A DNA stretch of 59,778 nucleotides from NCBI GenBank assembly GCA_032718475.1, contig JAUCBJ010007531.1, positions 1 to 59,778 of the forward strand. The letters run 5' to 3'. This DNA is from Nemertoderma westbladi (Eukaryota; Animalia; Xenacoelomorpha). The first letter of the stretch is position 1; the number at the start of each line of letters is the position of its first letter. The position numbers and the translations under genes were made by a program. Below the pieces are notes generated by a model. The model was not told where the DNA came from and searched no databases. It was given only the letters and a program-made list of their open reading frames with translations. This document shows positions 1 to 13,487 of this stretch, one piece after another.

Positions 1-28
<28 letters not shown>
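1..28. repeat. (AG)n microsatellite, truncated by the window edge
   Basis: Pure AG dinucleotide run. Confidence 0.95.
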
Positions 29-31
<3 letters not shown>

Positions 32-1917
32 TATCCAACTGGCAGTTGTGCTAACATTTGGCTATCAAAAATGGCAGTTGTGGTGACAAAAAAATAGTGG
101 TAACAAGTTGAGCTGACATTTGATCAGGGACATGTGTCCGACGTTTTGATCGGGTCCCCATGTACTCTTTGTAATGTTAGCACAAGTGCCACTTTGCAAT
201 ACCTGAAATGTGAGGGAAAAAAATCGTGTATCCCTTTAGCGTCCTCTTCTTGAACATTCAAAAATCATTGACTAGAGTTCTGCTAACATGTAATAGTTGT
301 GCTAAAATCAAACAAATGACACCATCAATATTGATTAAAATTATCTCATGGAATTTATAACACAAGTTGTAGGAACATTTCTCCTCTGCAGTTAGGCAGC
401 GAATTCGTGCTGTCTATAAAATATTCTAGAACATTTAATTATTTACATGGAGTGAACGGCGATGCCATTGTTAGAGAAGGCAATATATCGAGCTTGAAGG
501 CGAATATATGTCTGCTGGCCAGACAGTAGTGTAGCTAATGCAATGGATGGGGAAGCCAGCCTGCGGCGATATTGATTTGTGATGTAAATAGGAAGGCCCT
601 TTGCCCCACAAATTCGGGTTCATAATAATTCGGGGTAATGTAAATTTATCTGTGAATATGAAGCACTACTGGAGGCAATATTAAGGGTACTCTTTCACTT
701 GCTTCCTTTTCTTGTATTTACGTACAAGGCAAGGGGGACTGGACTCCACACTAACTCCCACGGATGAACACAGAGGATGATCTCATATACATATTATATA
801 TTGTGCTGTGCGATGGCCGTATTTCGATTGTGAATCATGTTTTGCATTACAAACAAGATTTATTTATCCTTAATTAAATCAAATTGATTTTATGACCATA
901 TAGGTTTTTTGGGATGCTGATCACGAATATAACACTGAAATATATCGTACATTATTGATTAGGGAATTTATGGCTATGTACGTGTCAATGTGCAGCATGA
1001 AAAATACAAGTAGCACTAATTGGATAATACAAAAATGATTATCAAATCAACCTGATTTTATGACATTGTGGGTTTTCTGGGACGCTGATCACGAATATGA
1101 CATTCAAAAATATAGGATTATCGAACTAAATTCGATTTTTGGCGTTTGAAATTGTACGCCATTTGTATTTATCCGTCCCACCGGACAAGCAGCAAAAATG
1201 ATAGTTGCGTTAACACGAATGATTTTTTACGAGTTATATCGTAGTAATCAGCGACTTTGAAAACCAGTATACTGTGGATATTTATAACCAAAGTCAAAAT
1301 TTAACACTTTATAATTTTTTGCTACTTGTAGTTTTCGTTTTGGGGCACTTGAATGGCACCAAAATGGGATTTGCACATGCACATACCAGAAATATTTATA
1401 ACTAGTGTTATCCTGTTCAGCGACATCGAAAACCCGTATACCTTCAGAATTATCAAACCAAACACAACATTTTTCAGTTTGACATTTTTTACTTATAATA
1501 TTTTGAGTTTGCAGCTATATATATATATATATAGAGATGCTATATATAGAGTAGACTCAAACTTTTTGGACAAAAATAAAAAAATTGACAGTGGAAAATG
1601 TCAAAATTGAGAAATTGTGAAAAAATCTTGTTTTATATACAGAATCATGAATATCAGATAATGGTCCCCTTAATATTCGAAATCAATTTTAACAATGACG
1701 AGCCTTGGAAAAGCTAAAACAAAGAAAACTTGCGATTCTTTGCCTGCCTCTTATGGTGGAATTTCACAAGATGGGTACGATGCAGTGAGTGAAACAAATT
1801 GACGGAAGCCATTTCAATAATTAGAAAACCGTGACAGACATCATGGTCATTTATCATGATGGTATATGACTTCACTTGACTTTCAACACTTTTTAACAAT
1901 TTAAATTATTTGCCTTG

Positions 1918-2095
1918 ATATCACTTGGTTTTATGACACTTGACTTGACATCATTGGACTCGACATCACTTCATAATTAATGCCTTGATTGACATCACGT
2001 GACTTGATAGTAGTTTGACTTGGCGCCATACGACTTGACATACTGACTTGACATCACTTGACTTGACAAACTTGACTTGACTTGATAATACTTGT
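1918..2095. repeat. Degenerate short tandem repeat (GACTTGACATCACTT-like)
   Basis: Recurring ACTTGAC and GACATCAC motifs. Confidence 0.6.
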
Positions 2096-2448
2096 TATAT
2101 TATCAGCCTGATTTGTTGATACAGCTCGTTTCCTGCTTGTTTTATCCTCTATGCAAATTTAGGATGTAGGCCTGCCTTGTAGACATTTCCTGTTTCGAGA
2201 TATTATTATTAAATATTTGACTCAAAAATCTTTGAAATTCTCATTACAGTAGTACGGCAATTCAATTACTTTAAGTAGAGGACATATTACATTTCGTTTA
2301 CTCCTCCTGCGTCCTCCTCCTTTACTCTTTGCTCCAGGGAAAAAGCCATAAAATAATATTTTGTTTTATAATTTATTCAACATTTGTCTTACACGTGAAA
2401 CTTACAGGAAGTTTCCATCATATTTATAATATACTCTATCAAATTCAA

Positions 2449-3492
2449 ATACTTACCAGAACAGGCAATAGATATTTAAATACTTGCCAAAACAGGCAAG
2501 GTGTATTTATATACTTGCCAAAACAGGCAAGGTGTATTTATATACTTGCCAAAACAGGCAAGGTGTATTTATATACTTGCCAAAACAGGCAAGGTGTATT
2601 TATATACTTGCCAAAACAGGCAAGGTGTATTTATATACTTGCCAAAACAGGCAAGGTGTATTTATATACTTGCCAAAACAGGCAAGGTGTATTTATATAC
2701 TTGCCAAAACAGGCAAGGTGTATTTATATACTTGCCAAAACAGGCAAGGTGTATTTACATACTTGCCAAAACAGGCAAGGTATATATATACTCGCAAAAA
2801 CAGGCAAGGTGTATTTATATACTTGCCAAAACAGGCAAGGTGTATTTATGTACTTGCCAAAACAGGCAAGGCACATTTACATACTTGCCAAAACAGGCAA
2901 GGTATATATATATACTCGCAAAAACAGGCAAGGTGTATTTATATACTTGCCAAAACAGGCAAGGTGTATTTATATACTTGCCAAAACAGGCAAGGTGTAT
3001 TTATATACTTGCCAAAACAGGCAAGGTGTATTTATATACTTGCCAAAACAGGCAAGGTGTATTTATATACTTGCCAAAACAGGCAAGGTGTATTTACATA
3101 CTTGCCAAAACAGGCAAGGTATATATATACTCGCAAAAACAGGCAAGGTGTATTTATATACTTGCCAAAACAGGCAAGGTGTATTTATATACTTGCCAAA
3201 ACAGGTAAGGTGTATTTATATACTTGCCAAAACAGGCAAGGTGTATTTATATACTTGCCAAAACAGGCAAGGCACATTTACATACTTGCCAAAACAGGCA
3301 AGGTATATATATATACTCGCAAAAACAGGCAAGGTGTATTTATATACTTGCCAAAACAGGCAAGGTGTATTTACATACTTGCCAAAACAGGCAAGGTATA
3401 TTTATATACTTGCCAAAACAGGCAAGGCATACTTACATACTTGCCAAAACAGGCAAGGTATATTTATATACTTGCCAAAACAGGCAATGTAT
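2449..3492. repeat. 31-bp minisatellite ATACTTGCCAAAACAGGCAAGGTGTATTTAT, about 34 copies
   Basis: Visible tandem array. It accounts for the repetitive ORFs at 2329-3584. Confidence 0.97.
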
Positions 3493-3797
3493 ACATATAT
3501 ATATTCAGCCAAATGGAGATGTCTTGGTTTCGTACTGTAGACTGTTATAGTCTTCGTGGTTGGAACCTCTCTGCATCGTATTAAATTGAATTAAGATAGT
3601 TTATTATTTTGTAAGTAATATTGTGGTTTATGAATAATTTGACTGTTGACCGTTAGTTACGTATTATAGTGTTTATTGAAGTTTATTTATAGTTAAGTTT
3701 TACGCAGACGGGATCCCGAGAGTGATAATCCCGGTCCCGATGCCCGAAATCCCTCAAATTTGTGCTAACCAATTTACCCGAGTAAGACAGTAAGAGT

Positions 3798-3908
3798 AGG
3801 GCACGAGTCCAGTTTGCCCTTATCCGAGGCGCATCCCATTGCGTTCGTGGGTCACGCATCAAATGGAGAAGTGGGCTTGGACTGGAAGATGGTGCTGGGC
3901 TGCCATAA
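3798..3908 (+). mobile_element. 3' tip of a CRE-like (RLE-bearing) non-LTR retrotransposon ORF
   Basis: Manual translation RARVQFALIRGASHCVRGSRIKWRSGLGLEDGAGLP* resembles the C-terminal R.R..FA..R....C.RGSR motif of CRE-clade elements. Confidence 0.55.
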
Positions 3909-6095
3909 GGCCAGACAGGATAGGAACGTCATATGCAGCAACTAGCTAATTAATCTACATCGCCTCTTCTGTACTTAACTCTATTTTATAATTTTTAACT
4001 GATATTTGTGCTGTGTGGTGGGTTTCTCTATAGTTCTCTACCTATTAATTATCAGTAAATGTTTGTCTCTATACTTTTAATTAATAGGGTACTATACCAT
4101 TAATAGTGCCGGTGTGTCAATTTTTGTATTAAATGTTCCAGAATTTTTAGCACCACCCATGAAACTTTCTACTTTTTTATATTTTATTAATCAAGACATG
4201 ATTGGAGCAAAAAAATTGTTTTCATGTATTGGGTAACATCCTTTGTTAAAGGTAATATTTAGTATTAAATAAATAATTAAATAGCATTTATATTAAAAGC
4301 CACCCATTTACCCGAGTAAACAATCTAATTAAAATTATAACATTATTATTACTAATGAGGTGTATTCTTAGAAGTAATACTATATTACAGAAAGGTGAAA
4401 GTTCTTCCTAATAAAATTACAGATTATTAAATATAAGAAATAATTGTATATTATTATTAAGAATCAGTGCATTAAGCAATATCGAAAGGGGTACATAGAT
4501 TACACTTTGATTGCCTATTCCTATATGAGACTGTGTGAGACTTGATTTGATTTTGCTGGACTATATGCATGCAATATAAGCAGCCAGAAATTTGTATAGC
4601 AAATTATATTTATATTATATTTAATATATTTTTTATGCAATATGCTCTTATGTCTATCACAACATTACAATCTTCATGTTTACGAATATGGCAACGAAAT
4701 TCTATCTCAAACTATTATTAAATTTTAAGAAAGTAAGTGCAGCCCTTTGTGTACCAAAGATAAATTACGTAAATTTTTACTTTCAAGAAAGTATATTTGA
4801 TCGTACCAAGGTTTATTTTGTTGTTATATATAAAGAGGATAACCATATTATTACTTATCCTACCCTCAAAGGCGGCACACTTCCGCCTTTAACCATTTTC
4901 GAAATTTATAAATCTTTCATTTGAACCCCGGGGGGCACACTGCAGCCTTAATCATTTGTAACATAATTATTGGCTAAATTGAAATTAATTTGCATAAACT
5001 ATGTAATTTAAAATTAATCAAACCAACAGGAATCCCTTCAAGCAATAAATTAATTTTTCTAGACCAGTTTTTCCTGCACAACACGAATATGAGCTCCATT
5101 TATCCGCCCCAATAGTAATAAGAAAGTTATAAGAGGTTTTAAATAGAGGCGGCACCCTGTCGCCCTGGGAGTCAGGATAATATACAGTATGTAAAGGCGG
5201 CACTCTGCCGCCATGAGGGTTAGGTTATAATTATATAAAGGCGAAACACTGCTACCCTGGGGATCAGGATAATATTATATATATGTAAAGGTGGCACTTT
5301 GCTGCCATGGGGGTTAAGTTATAATTACAGTATTTAAAGGAGGCATTATGAGCATTATCATGAATTATGAACACGAGTACGTGTCGTGACAATACGTGTG
5401 ATGAACTCGTACCGTGTTGGTACGCAAAGTGTTAAAGGCAAATAGGTCTATGATACAGTTGCTGAAGTTAATCACGTTGTAGCAGGACGATATAGCTGGT
5501 TTTCTGCTTTTGTATCTGGGTCAGTTCAAAACGAAGACCAAGGACGTACAAAACTAAGAGGTAAAGTAGCGTTAGGTCCCAAAGAGCGTTAGGTCTCATT
5601 GGCATTTAAAGGAGCAGGTTAGTAAAGGAGCAGGTTACATAGTCATAGTTGGGGGAACCAAAACAATAAACGAAAGTTATCACATGTGTTTCGTACAGGT
5701 CTTAAGTTTTTGGGTCTTGTGTATTTGTTTTGTACTCACCCTTTTGTAATTATTATTGCACGCTTGTAGCAAATTCTTATTGCCAATCTGTTGTTCTATG
5801 TACTAATACCGTTGTGGAAACCCAAGAGTCTATAGATCGGATTAGAGACCAAGTTTATTTTGCAAATTTTTTGACAATAATGCATTACGTGCTACGAGAT
5901 GGGGGAGGCATGATTATACGAGATAGGGTGTTAAAAGATTGGATGTTACGATATGGAATAAAACGAAATATTACAATAATCCTTTTCTTTTATTTCGTGA
6001 AGCAATGATTCAAATTTCTAATGCCCTGCTGCGCTGTACATTCAATATAGAAGAAATGTAGAATTCACAGCTCTTAACAAGTACATTTGTTGGGT

Positions 6096-6260
6096 GAATT
6101 CTTAGCCCGTGAGTGTTCTTAGCCCGCGAGAATTCTTAGCCCGCGAGTTAGTAAAGGAGCAGGTTAGCGTTATTGTTTCGCGGGCTAAGAATACCCATGG
6201 GCTAAGAATGCAAGGCTAAGAATACCCACGGGCTAGGAATACTCGCATGCTAAGAATTCC
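6096..6260. repeat. Small inverted cluster of TTCTTAGCCCG / GGGCTAAGAAT subrepeats (MITE remnant)
   Basis: Three direct copies followed by about four inverted copies around an AAAGGAGCAGGTTA core. Confidence 0.55.
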
Positions 6261-6716
6261 TGAGACCGTACATTTACAAAGAAATTGAGCCTGGAAATTG
6301 CTTTATCGACCACCTTATAATAAAAATATAATAAGAATAATTTCCCATTCAGCATTCATATAATTTGTTCAACAACTTATACAATTAAAAATTAGTGATA
6401 TTCGATGTTTCATTAAAAGCACTATAATATAACATCGCGATCTTAAATATTCAATTTGTTATTCCCCTCAATTATACACGATATATGATGTTTCCGGACA
6501 CCAAGTTGTGCCTACAATCAAAGAAACTTAATATCAGTAAATAACCAAAGACGAAAAAGCAATATCACACTCCCTCACATTACCCTCACATTATACACCA
6601 CACCCCCTAGTGGTAGCACAGGAATTGATGTCACCACAACTTTCAAATAATCAGTCCCACTGAAAGGGCACAACTCTGAACAAATAGTGCGTCGGCACAA
6701 CTAGCAATCGGCTATC

Positions 6717-6782
<66 letters not shown>
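6717..6782. repeat. (AG)n microsatellite
   Basis: Pure AG run of about 33 units. Confidence 0.97.
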
Positions 6783-6785
<3 letters not shown>

Positions 6786-7916
6786 GCTGAGATTTGGTAA
6801 ATTTTGTTTAATTTAATTTGTATCTCATAACTTAGCCTCGTGCTGCGCGAAGGCCCCACGAACTTTTTGTTGACCGTAACAAGTGCCCAGCATTTGGGAG
6901 TATATGCCATCCAAGGTTTTGTGCACTCTGCAGGAGCGGGGTCTAGAGGAGAAGGACCCCTCAGCTTCCATGCAATATAATGAAATTACTGAATTACGGC
7001 TACGGGGAATTGTGACTAGACAACGACAGAGTCGGCAATAGTTTCCATAAATCATGTCATTACGTCAATACTTGAAATTTGTCAAATAATATTTCGAAAC
7101 TCACTATAAAACAGTTATTATGTTAACGTGAGGCGGTCGCCATTATTTAGTAAGTATAATATGGCGTACCCGATCCCCTTGCCAGCATGGCGTCATTTAT
7201 GGGTTCTTTTGAAACGATAATATTATTCATATAGGATGAAGGTCATATTTCTTACTCCCCCCATGCATTCTTAGATATGTTATATTTCGTTGGCAGAGTT
7301 TGAAAACGAATTATGATAGCAATAATTAATATAATATAATACAAAACTCTTTTAATCCTCCAATAACTGGGGGTGTCTCCAAAAAGGTAAGCAAGCACCC
7401 CCCCCCCCCCCCCCCCCCCTCCCCTGTAAACGATAAAACACCAAGAAAATATCTAAATCGCTAAAATCTTAAGACAATATCAAAACATATAAAATAGCAC
7501 ATTAAATAACTTTCTAATCAACCCGTCACCAATTCACCTAACCTTCTGAACTCTCCTCTCTCTTTCATCCACACATACCCTTACACATACAATCAGGTAT
7601 TTCTCCAACCCAGCTGAATCACACAAAACCAATCTCACACAAAAGGCACCACAAAAAGCATAATAACAATCAATCAACTCATAAATAATAACACTACACC
7701 CCCCTTAACCTCAAACCGCAACAAGAAATCATTGCAATCACTTTCAATATAAAAAAAACATATGAATTTTAGATTTTATTAAAATTTTATTTTAAATTTC
7801 ATTTTTATTTTTATTTAATTTTATTGCGTTTTTTGTCCGCTTTTTACGAATACTGCATTAAATTATTATCCGTTTAATGACTTTTTTATGTCCGTTATTT
7901 CTTCTTTTTAGTACAC

Positions 7917-8290
7917 CTGTGGGGCTCTAACTGGAGAGGATACCAAATCTCTGGATGGCACTTTCACAAGAATGTTGCGCCGTGTTTATTGTTAAGTACA
8001 ATGAACACATCTCTAATCAAACTCTATACAACGTTGGAGGTATTTCATTAGTCTCCCCTAGCTTGCTTGACACTTGAGCAGAACCGCCTCCGCTTTGCAG
8101 GACATTGCTTTCGCCGTGAGGACCAGCCAGTGCATAATCTTGTGCTTTTTTGGCAGCCTCATGGAGTGAACAAGCATGGTGGACATCCCATGACTTTCTT
8201 GAAACGCATCTTATAGGACACTGGCCTTGAAGATGCGGATGATCTAGCAAATGTCATGGGTGATAGGGAGTTGGGCGGTGCAATTCTCTT
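7917..8290 (+). mobile_element. Degraded RTE/RTE-X-like LINE 3' fragment
   Basis: Reverse-complement match to 53750-54120 (ACCAAATCTCTGGATGGCAC..TTCACAAGAATG; GGCCTTGAAGATGCGGATGATCTAGCAAATGTCATGGGTGATAGGGAG). Confidence 0.8.
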
Positions 8291-9122
8291 TCGACAAGAA
8301 CAAGACTTAACACCTGCATAGAATTTTTAATGCACGCTGCATTACATCAAGCCAATTGTATTTTGCATGTTGGTGGCACAAATTTTTTTGTTAAGCCATC
8401 ATAATATGGTGGCTTAACAAAAAAAAATTGGTGCCACCACCATCTCAATGTGCAGTTTCTAGTGTTAAAAACGTTTGAGATAAATATCGCTGCCACTCTT
8501 TTCGGATGACGTGCATGATACACTGCTGATCGATTGTAGCAGATGAACCACCTAGATATGAACCAACCATAATACAGTATCTCCTTTACTTTATAATAAC
8601 TGCCCAATAGTAAAACAATCTGTGTTTTTGCACCAATGGGTTGTCCTCTTATTGGGTGAAATTAGGGCGGAGTTATAAGAAATGCAGTTAGTAGCTGCAG
8701 GTAGCCAAGGAGGATTAATTAAGGAGAGGGTAGCCCAAACTTCCTCACGTAGTGACATTCAGATCATTGCACTGAAACGGTATATAACAGGCCTACCTCT
8801 CTATTCAGCTATTTGATTACTGATTGTGATTACTAAGCCCTTATTATGTTTTGTCTCACTACATTACAGTATTAGTATTTTTCTTTCTCTGCAGTTTTTC
8901 TTATTTCAGTACCGGTAATACTGTAATACTTTAAAGTTTAAACACATGCTGGCAGGGTTTCGGAGTCGTGAGTCGAAGATCTTAAAAAACGTACATGACA
9001 AGATCAGATGAGTACGAACAGACGAATCCAAAATTCAGTAGGCCCATTACTTCTTTATTTAAACCAAAATTATCTGATTATAGTTTCTTCAAATAGTATA
9101 GTTTCTAATAAATTGTTTAAAA

Positions 9123-10207
9123 CCCTTCCCCGGTAACGTGGGGTAAAATAATACCCCAAGCTGCCAAGGGATTAATTTTGATATTTTTCGACAATCTCTC
9201 ATATTATGTATGTCCAGCTTCATAGTATCTTCTAAAAAACTTGTAATCTAACGATTGTGTGGGTCAAACCCATAAAATTTTGTTTAGGAAAAATGTTATG
9301 GGCCTTTAATTTGAAAACAACTTAGTTAGGTAAGATGGGGTATAAAAATACCCCATAACGTTATGGTGCTGGTTTAGTGGTACTTTGTAACTCATTTTGG
9401 TGTCATTGGAACCACAATGGTCGATTTAGTTGTACTAGACTGCTAGACAGTTAGAGGCATGTTTTAACTTTGACTTTTTAAGACCAAATTATCAGTATTA
9501 TGAAGCTACTGTCTGACTGTATTCTGGTATTGTGTATGGCCTGTATTTCACAAGCCAAGACTTCGGCCTAATCGCGATATGCGATAGATTGCTAAGTATA
9601 TGTGAATAATTCTTATTGTAGGCTTTCTTAGTGGTGTTCTGTCCTTTTGGGTCTCATTATGGGTTCATTGTAACTGCAATAATGTATAATTTAGTTGGAC
9701 AATAATCACATTTAATGACCAAATCATCAGTACTTTTGCAGTCATGGTGTAAATTTCATATTACAATTCAAGATCTTCTGCTATTGCGAGGTGATATAGG
9801 GCCTATCTGTATATATATATATATTTCACCTTGTTGACTTTCAGTGGTGGTATTTGACTCATTTTATGCTTCTTGGAATGTGGAACTGCAATGGTATACT
9901 TGACCCATAACACCACTAAAAAACCTAAAATGAGAAACACTCTCACACAGCTAATGCTTCACTATGATAGTATCTTGTTGCAAAACGCCCCATCGCGCGT
10001 TAACGATGATCGCGATTGTAGTGGGATAACTTTTGTGGCATTGAGCGTTGGGTAGACTTCAACCAAATTGAAAAAACAAATTCACAACTTATTTTTTCAC
10101 CATTTGGCAAATTCTGGGAAGGGGATTGCAAGTGTTTTTCTGTTTAATGTTACTTAAAATGTCTTATCAATTTGGGGTATAAAAATACCCCACGTTACCG
10201 GTGAAGG
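9123..10207. mobile_element. Non-autonomous DNA transposon, piggyBac-like ends
   Basis: Terminal inverted repeats CCTTCCCCGGTAACGTGGGGTA / TACCCCACGTTACCGGTGAAGG. TTAA-like flanks are degenerate, and a second possible end (GGGCAGGGTTAA) lies at about 10238. Confidence 0.5.
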
Positions 10208-10663
10208 ATAATTTTTCACCATACCGGGGCAGGGTTAAATTAAGCCAACGTCACATGCTGACACCTGACACATGACAATGCTGACATGGGTTGATTTAAA
10301 AAAAAAATTTAAATAATTTGATAATAGGCCTAGTGGAGCGGTACCGGTCAGCCGGTAGCGCGGTAGGCTTAATTTTGGTTTTGGAAAAATATATTAGTTT
10401 GTTAGTCCGAGTCGGATTCTAATTTATTTTTAATTTTGGATTCAGATTCAAAGTTCAAAGTCCTCCCACTTCAGCACTTTGTCAGGTCAGGACTCCCCGT
10501 AACCCTGCTTTAACCAGTTAACAGCAACTTTTAACTCTAGGCCTATAGGCTACAGCTACCGGTATAGCCCTAATTAATTATCTAACCCACATTTAATTCC
10601 CGCTACCGTAATCCCGGACGTCCGCAGTCCGGTTTATGGTTTATCAACTTCGCATTTACGCTA

Positions 10664-12478
10664 GGGTCATTCCATGCTAATTCGACCAATCGGTGTGGCA
10701 AGGGTCGGAAATTTTTGACGAAATTTTAACCACTTACCGGTATCAATTCTAGTGAAAAAACGATGTGGTGAAAATTTCAGCCGATTTGGTTTAGCCGTTC
10801 TCGAAATATTGATGTTTTAAATTTGGCGAAATACCAAAAACCAGTGAAGTACATTATTTGAAGTGGTGTCTACAGTTGATCTGATTATCAGTTTAATGTT
10901 AATTGTATGTGATTCTAAATAAACGATGCCTGAACTTCAATATTTTTATTACTAAATGAATAAACTATTAATCAGAAAGTTGTCAGACGATTTCAAAGTT
11001 GCCTCAAAAATGCGAATTTTTGAAAAATGTCCCCATTTGAGCCCTCAGTACATTAGTCTGACAACTAGTTTATCTGTTATTTTAGTTTTCCCTGTTAGAG
11101 TGACTCATAATGATTCGAATCATATAACTTTAGTAGGTAAACTGATAATCAGATAGTCTGTATGACTGAATATCTGGGTGAAGAAACAGAAAAATGTCAA
11201 AAAATGCAATATTGGAGGCTCTGGTGGAGAGCTCTGATTATAGCTATGTTCATGAGCTTTTTTACCTGACATCTTTGACACAAAATGAGCGCCATGACAA
11301 AATTTGAAGACTAAACTAGATGTTCTAGAGCGTGTATGACTCATTTTAAAATTCTAATAAAATAAAATTTTAAATGGTCCTCAAGGTGGTCTGACAATTA
11401 GTTTTTTGATAAAAATACATTTTATCAAACGATATCCGGGCAGAAGACTATATTTCAAAATTTAAAGCAAAAACTAACAGTCAGACCCATTATCTGACCT
11501 ACTATTGAATTATTTCGAGTAAGTATCTGATCACGTGCTGCTCAAATTCTCGCTCGCTCAATATAAATCGATTTTATCCAACTACTATTATAATATAACA
11601 GTATAAAAATACATTAATTCGAAATATAAATCAAAACAGCCAGACAAACAAAGTATAATTCGTTTTGATGTTAAGTAATAGTAGACCAAATAATAATTAA
11701 AATTAATTAAAAATGCCGCAATACGGCAAGTTTTGGTAAACGGGTAAAAATTGTCAGACCACCTTGAGGACCATTTAAAATTGTAATTTATTAGAATTTT
11801 AAAATGAGTCATACACGCTCTAGAACATCTAGTTTACTTTTCAAATTTTGACATGGCGCTCATTTTGTGTCAAAGATGTCAGGTAAAAAAGCTCATGAAC
11901 ATAGCTATAATCAGAGCTCTCCACCAGAGCCTCCAATATTGCATTTTTTGACATTTTTCAGATTCTTCACCCAGATATTCAGTCATACAGACTATCTGAT
12001 TATCAGTTTACCTACTAAAGTTATATGATTCGAATCATTATGAGTCACTCTAACCGGGAAAACTAAAATAACAGATAAACTAGTTGTCAGACTAATGTAC
12101 TGAGGTCTCAAATGTGGACATTCTTCAAAAATTCGCATTTTTGAGGCAAATTTGAAATCGTCTGACAACTTTCTGATTAATAGTTTATTCATTTAGTAAT
12201 AAAAATATTGAAGTTCAGGCATCGTTTATTTAGAATCACATACAATTAACATTAAACTGATAATCAGATCAACTGTAGACACCACTTCAAATAATGTACT
12301 TCACTGGTTTTTGGAATTTCGCCAAATTTAAAACATCAATATTTCGAAAACGGCTAAACCAAATCGGCTGAAATTTTCACCACATCGTTTTTTCACTAGA
12401 ATTGATAAGTGGTTAAAATTTCGTCAAAAATTTCCGACCCTTGCCACACCGATTGGTCGAATTAGCATGGAATGACCC
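10664..12478. mobile_element. Non-autonomous long-TIR DNA transposon, Sola2-like
   Basis: Near-perfect TIRs of about 735 bp (10664-11399 and 11749-12478), GGG...CCC termini, 4-bp TSD GCTA (10660-10663, 12479-12482), no transposase. GRG termini, long TIRs and a 4-bp TSD fit Sola2; the superfamily is inferred. Confidence 0.85.
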
Positions 12479-12542
12479 GCTACCGGTCAGCCGGTACCGA
12501 TACCGGTAGGCCTATTCGTTACCGGTAATTGTTATCCCAACG

Positions 12543-12998
12543 ATGAATCTTTCCCGATCTGTGTCGGCACTCGGGTTCAGACGACCCGTGTGTCTGACAG
12601 CATTCAACCGGACCCCGAACCGCACCCCCACACTAACCCCTATGACGTCACTACCACTTTACTCCACCTCAACGGAATCTCCCGCAGAAACTCTAAAACG
12701 CGAGCGAATAGCCGCGGATGATGACGGTGAATTCTCCTCGATGGTGGACACCTACTTCGAGAAAGCGCAGCGCCTCCTAACGGCACAACTGGTTAACTCA
12801 ATGCCGGGCCAGCTGAGTGAAACACAACGCCTCCAGCGGGTGGAAGGGACATTTAAGATAATAAGACCTGTTAACAACGCTATTCAGTTAAACTTTCCGT
12901 TACTTCGAGATAATGGCGAGACGGAGATTATTACTGGATATCGGGCGCAGCACTCCCATCATAGGAGGCCTTGTAAAGGGGGAGTCCGTTACTCACAG
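12543..12998 (+). CDS. GLUD1: Glutamate dehydrogenase exon 1 (includes putative mitochondrial transit peptide)
   Basis: N-terminus rich in R, S, T and L; FPLLRDNGETEIITGYRAQHSHHRRPCKGGVRYS is the GDH N-terminal signature; donor CAG|GTAAAA at 12999. Confidence 0.95.
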
Positions 12999-13303
12999 GT
13001 AAAAGGGGAGTTCCCCATCCCATCCCCAACCTCCCTCATAATTATGCTAAAATTTAAGTGAACATATTTCGATATTCAGATATTCAACTGATCTGAATGA
13101 ATTTTTTGATAAGATTCCAACCAAATAGGTTTTACTTTTTCACAATGTTTACACCAATGTAGCCGGGCCGGTGGTATCGGGTTGCGTGGTGCAGTGATTT
13201 TACCCCGAATATAAACTATAATCGTAAAGTTTAAGTTAAACTGGTTTTTATTCGCTGCCTTTGTATTAAAATCACTTATTTGTTTATATTATTTCACCCA
13301 CAG

Positions 13304-13487
13304 GACGTTGACCTAGACGAAGTGAAGGCTTTGGCGGCCTTGATGACCTACAAATGTGCGGTGGTGGATGTTCCTTTTGGGGGCGCCAAGGCCGGGGTTA
13401 AAATCAACCCGAGACTTTATTCAGAGCACGAGTTGGAGAAATTAACGAGAAGATTTACAGTGGAACTCAGCAAGAAGGGTTTCATAG
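13304..13487 (+). CDS. GLUD1: Glutamate dehydrogenase exon 2
   Basis: [27 protein letters not shown] includes the catalytic Lys motif GGAK; acceptor CACAG, phase-1 donor ATAG|GTGGGT. Confidence 0.97.

Noticed and set aside
445-660. Coding-like minus-strand stretch
   Set aside because: Short open frames only, with no recognisable family or consistent splice model.
2329-3584. Long repetitive ORFs (403, 366 and 235 aa)
   Set aside because: All frames are open only because the 31-bp unit lacks stops; there is no non-repeat coding support.
10956-12192. Twin 66-aa ORFs on opposite strands
   Set aside because: They arise from the inverted arms of the transposon and show no transposase motifs.
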